DNA of 64,000 nucleotides from an uncultured Armatimonadetes bacterium (GTDB lineage: Bacteria > Armatimonadota > Hebobacteria > Hebobacterales > Hebobacteraceae): NCBI GenBank assembly GCA_963716175.1, contig OY970296.1:3616001-3680000 (forward strand), in the 5' to 3' direction. Shown here piece after piece: positions 62,959-64,000 of the stretch. How positions within the stretch are numbered: position 1 is the first letter of the stretch; each line of letters opens with the position of its first letter. Under the pieces are notes generated by a model. The model worked only from the letters and a program-made list of their open reading frames with translations. It was not told the origin of the DNA and ran no database searches. A program made the translations under genes and the position numbers.

Positions 62959-64000
62959 TCAGGCCCCGAATTTCTCCTGCACTCCCATCAGGTTGGTCAG
63001 GATCGGCATCACATCGAGGCCGCGGATGCGCGCCAGGGAGCCGGTGGCGGCGGCGCGCTCACCGAAGCGGTCCACCGCGTCGGGCCTCACGGCCGGGCCG
63101 CGGATCGCGATGGGCACGGTGTCCCCGGTGTGGTCGCCGAAGCTCACCGGGGTGCAGTGATCGGCGGTCACGGCCAGATGCAGATCGGCCGGACCGTGAG
63201 CGAGCAGATGGCGGGCGAGATTGTCCAACTTCTCGGCTGCGCGCATCTTGCCGGCGGCATCGCCGTCGTGCCCGCCCAGGTCGGGGGCCTTGAAGTTACA
63301 GAGCACGAAGTCATGGCTTTCCAGCATCTCCAGCACCGCCCTCGCCAGGGCGAGCTCATCGCTGTCCACTCCCCCGGTGGCGCCCGGCACCTCGGGCACG
63401 GTCATCTCCAGGTAGCGGCCAATCCCCGCGATCAGGCCGGTCTCCACCACGCAGGCGCCCGCGATGCCATAGCGCTTGGCAAAAGGCTCGAGGTGAGGGG
63501 CGATGCCCCCTCCCCGAGGCAAGACCACATTCGCGGGCAGCCGGCCTGCCGCCTCCCGCTCCTGGTTGACAGGGTGATCCTTCAGCATCTGCCAGGAGAG
63601 CAGCACGAATTCGTTGAGCGCGCGCGCCGTGATCTGCGAGGCCTCGTCCCTGCCCACCGCGGCGTGGGGTGGCAGGCCGTCGGCGTGGGGGTCAACATCG
63701 CTCACTTCGTGCCCCAGCCCAGGGCCGCGCAGCACCAGGGCCGCCCGATGCTCCACCGATTCCTTGATGAAGCAGGTCACTTCCCCGATCTTCATCCCGT
63801 TCAGGGCCGCCGCCAGGTCGCGGGTCCCCTCGGAGATGCGCTGCGCCGCGCCGGTCCACCACGGTGGCCCCGCTGAAGGCGCCCTCGCGGAGCTGAAGCT
63901 CCCCCTGGAGGCTGGAGAAATTGCAGCGGAAGCAGATGTCTCCCCCGCGCACTTCCATCCCAATGCCGAGCGCCTCGAAGGGCCCTCGGCCGGTGTAGAC
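62959..64000 (-). CDS. apgM: 2,3-bisphosphoglycerate-independent phosphoglycerate mutase, ApgM type (5'-truncated; frameshift near 63847)
   Basis: [59 protein letters not shown]. Confidence 0.92.
   Translation of the reverse strand, partial: STPAEGPSRRSALGWKCAGETSASAAISPASRGSFSSARAPSAGPPWWTGAAQRISEGTRDLAAALNGMKIGEVTCFIKESVEHRAALVLRGPGLGHEVSDVDPHADGLPPHAAVGRDEASQITARALNEFVLLSWQMLKDHPVNQEREAAGRLPANVVLPRGGGIAPHLEPFAKRYGIAGACVVETGLIAGIGRYLEMTVPEVPGATGGVDSDELALARAVLEMLESHDFVLCNFKAPDLGGHDGDAAGKMRAAEKLDNLARHLLAHGPADLHLAVTADHCTPVSFGDHTGDTVPIAIRGPAVRPDAVDRFGERAAATGSLARIRGLDVMPILTNLMGVQEKFGA

Overview
GC-rich bacterial chromosome segment. The diderm marker (TolC) combined with a T-box leader and Firmicute-like dapG/scpAB/mutS2 suggests an Armatimonadota-like lineage, which is inference only. 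Content is mostly housekeeping: mutS and mutS2, thyX, rtcA, a T-box-controlled ilvDBN-orf-ilvC-leuACD operon, pyrF, argS, rpmB, trpS-scpA-scpB-DD-carboxypeptidase-rluB, asd-dapG-dapA, dprA-topA and apgM. On top of this sits a dense set of small palindromic elements. (A) A RAYT (TnpA-REP) gene is flanked by GTAG-type REPs that recur across the window and often supply stop codons. (B, C) Two TA-flanked MITE-like families. (D, E) Two branched-hairpin families. These elements nest inside one another, sit in-frame inside proteins (RtcA, ABC binding protein, MutS2, ScpB, UDG, permease) and are inserted twice inside the T-box riboswitch. Other points: a three-gene beta-propeller lipoprotein island with orphan fragments, a bacterial Translin/TRAX homolog next to trpS, and a secreted propeller protein with an RGG tail upstream of dprA. 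About ten single-base frameshifts fall almost all in CGCG contexts and are probably systematic sequencing errors. No CRISPR array, rRNA or tRNA was seen.
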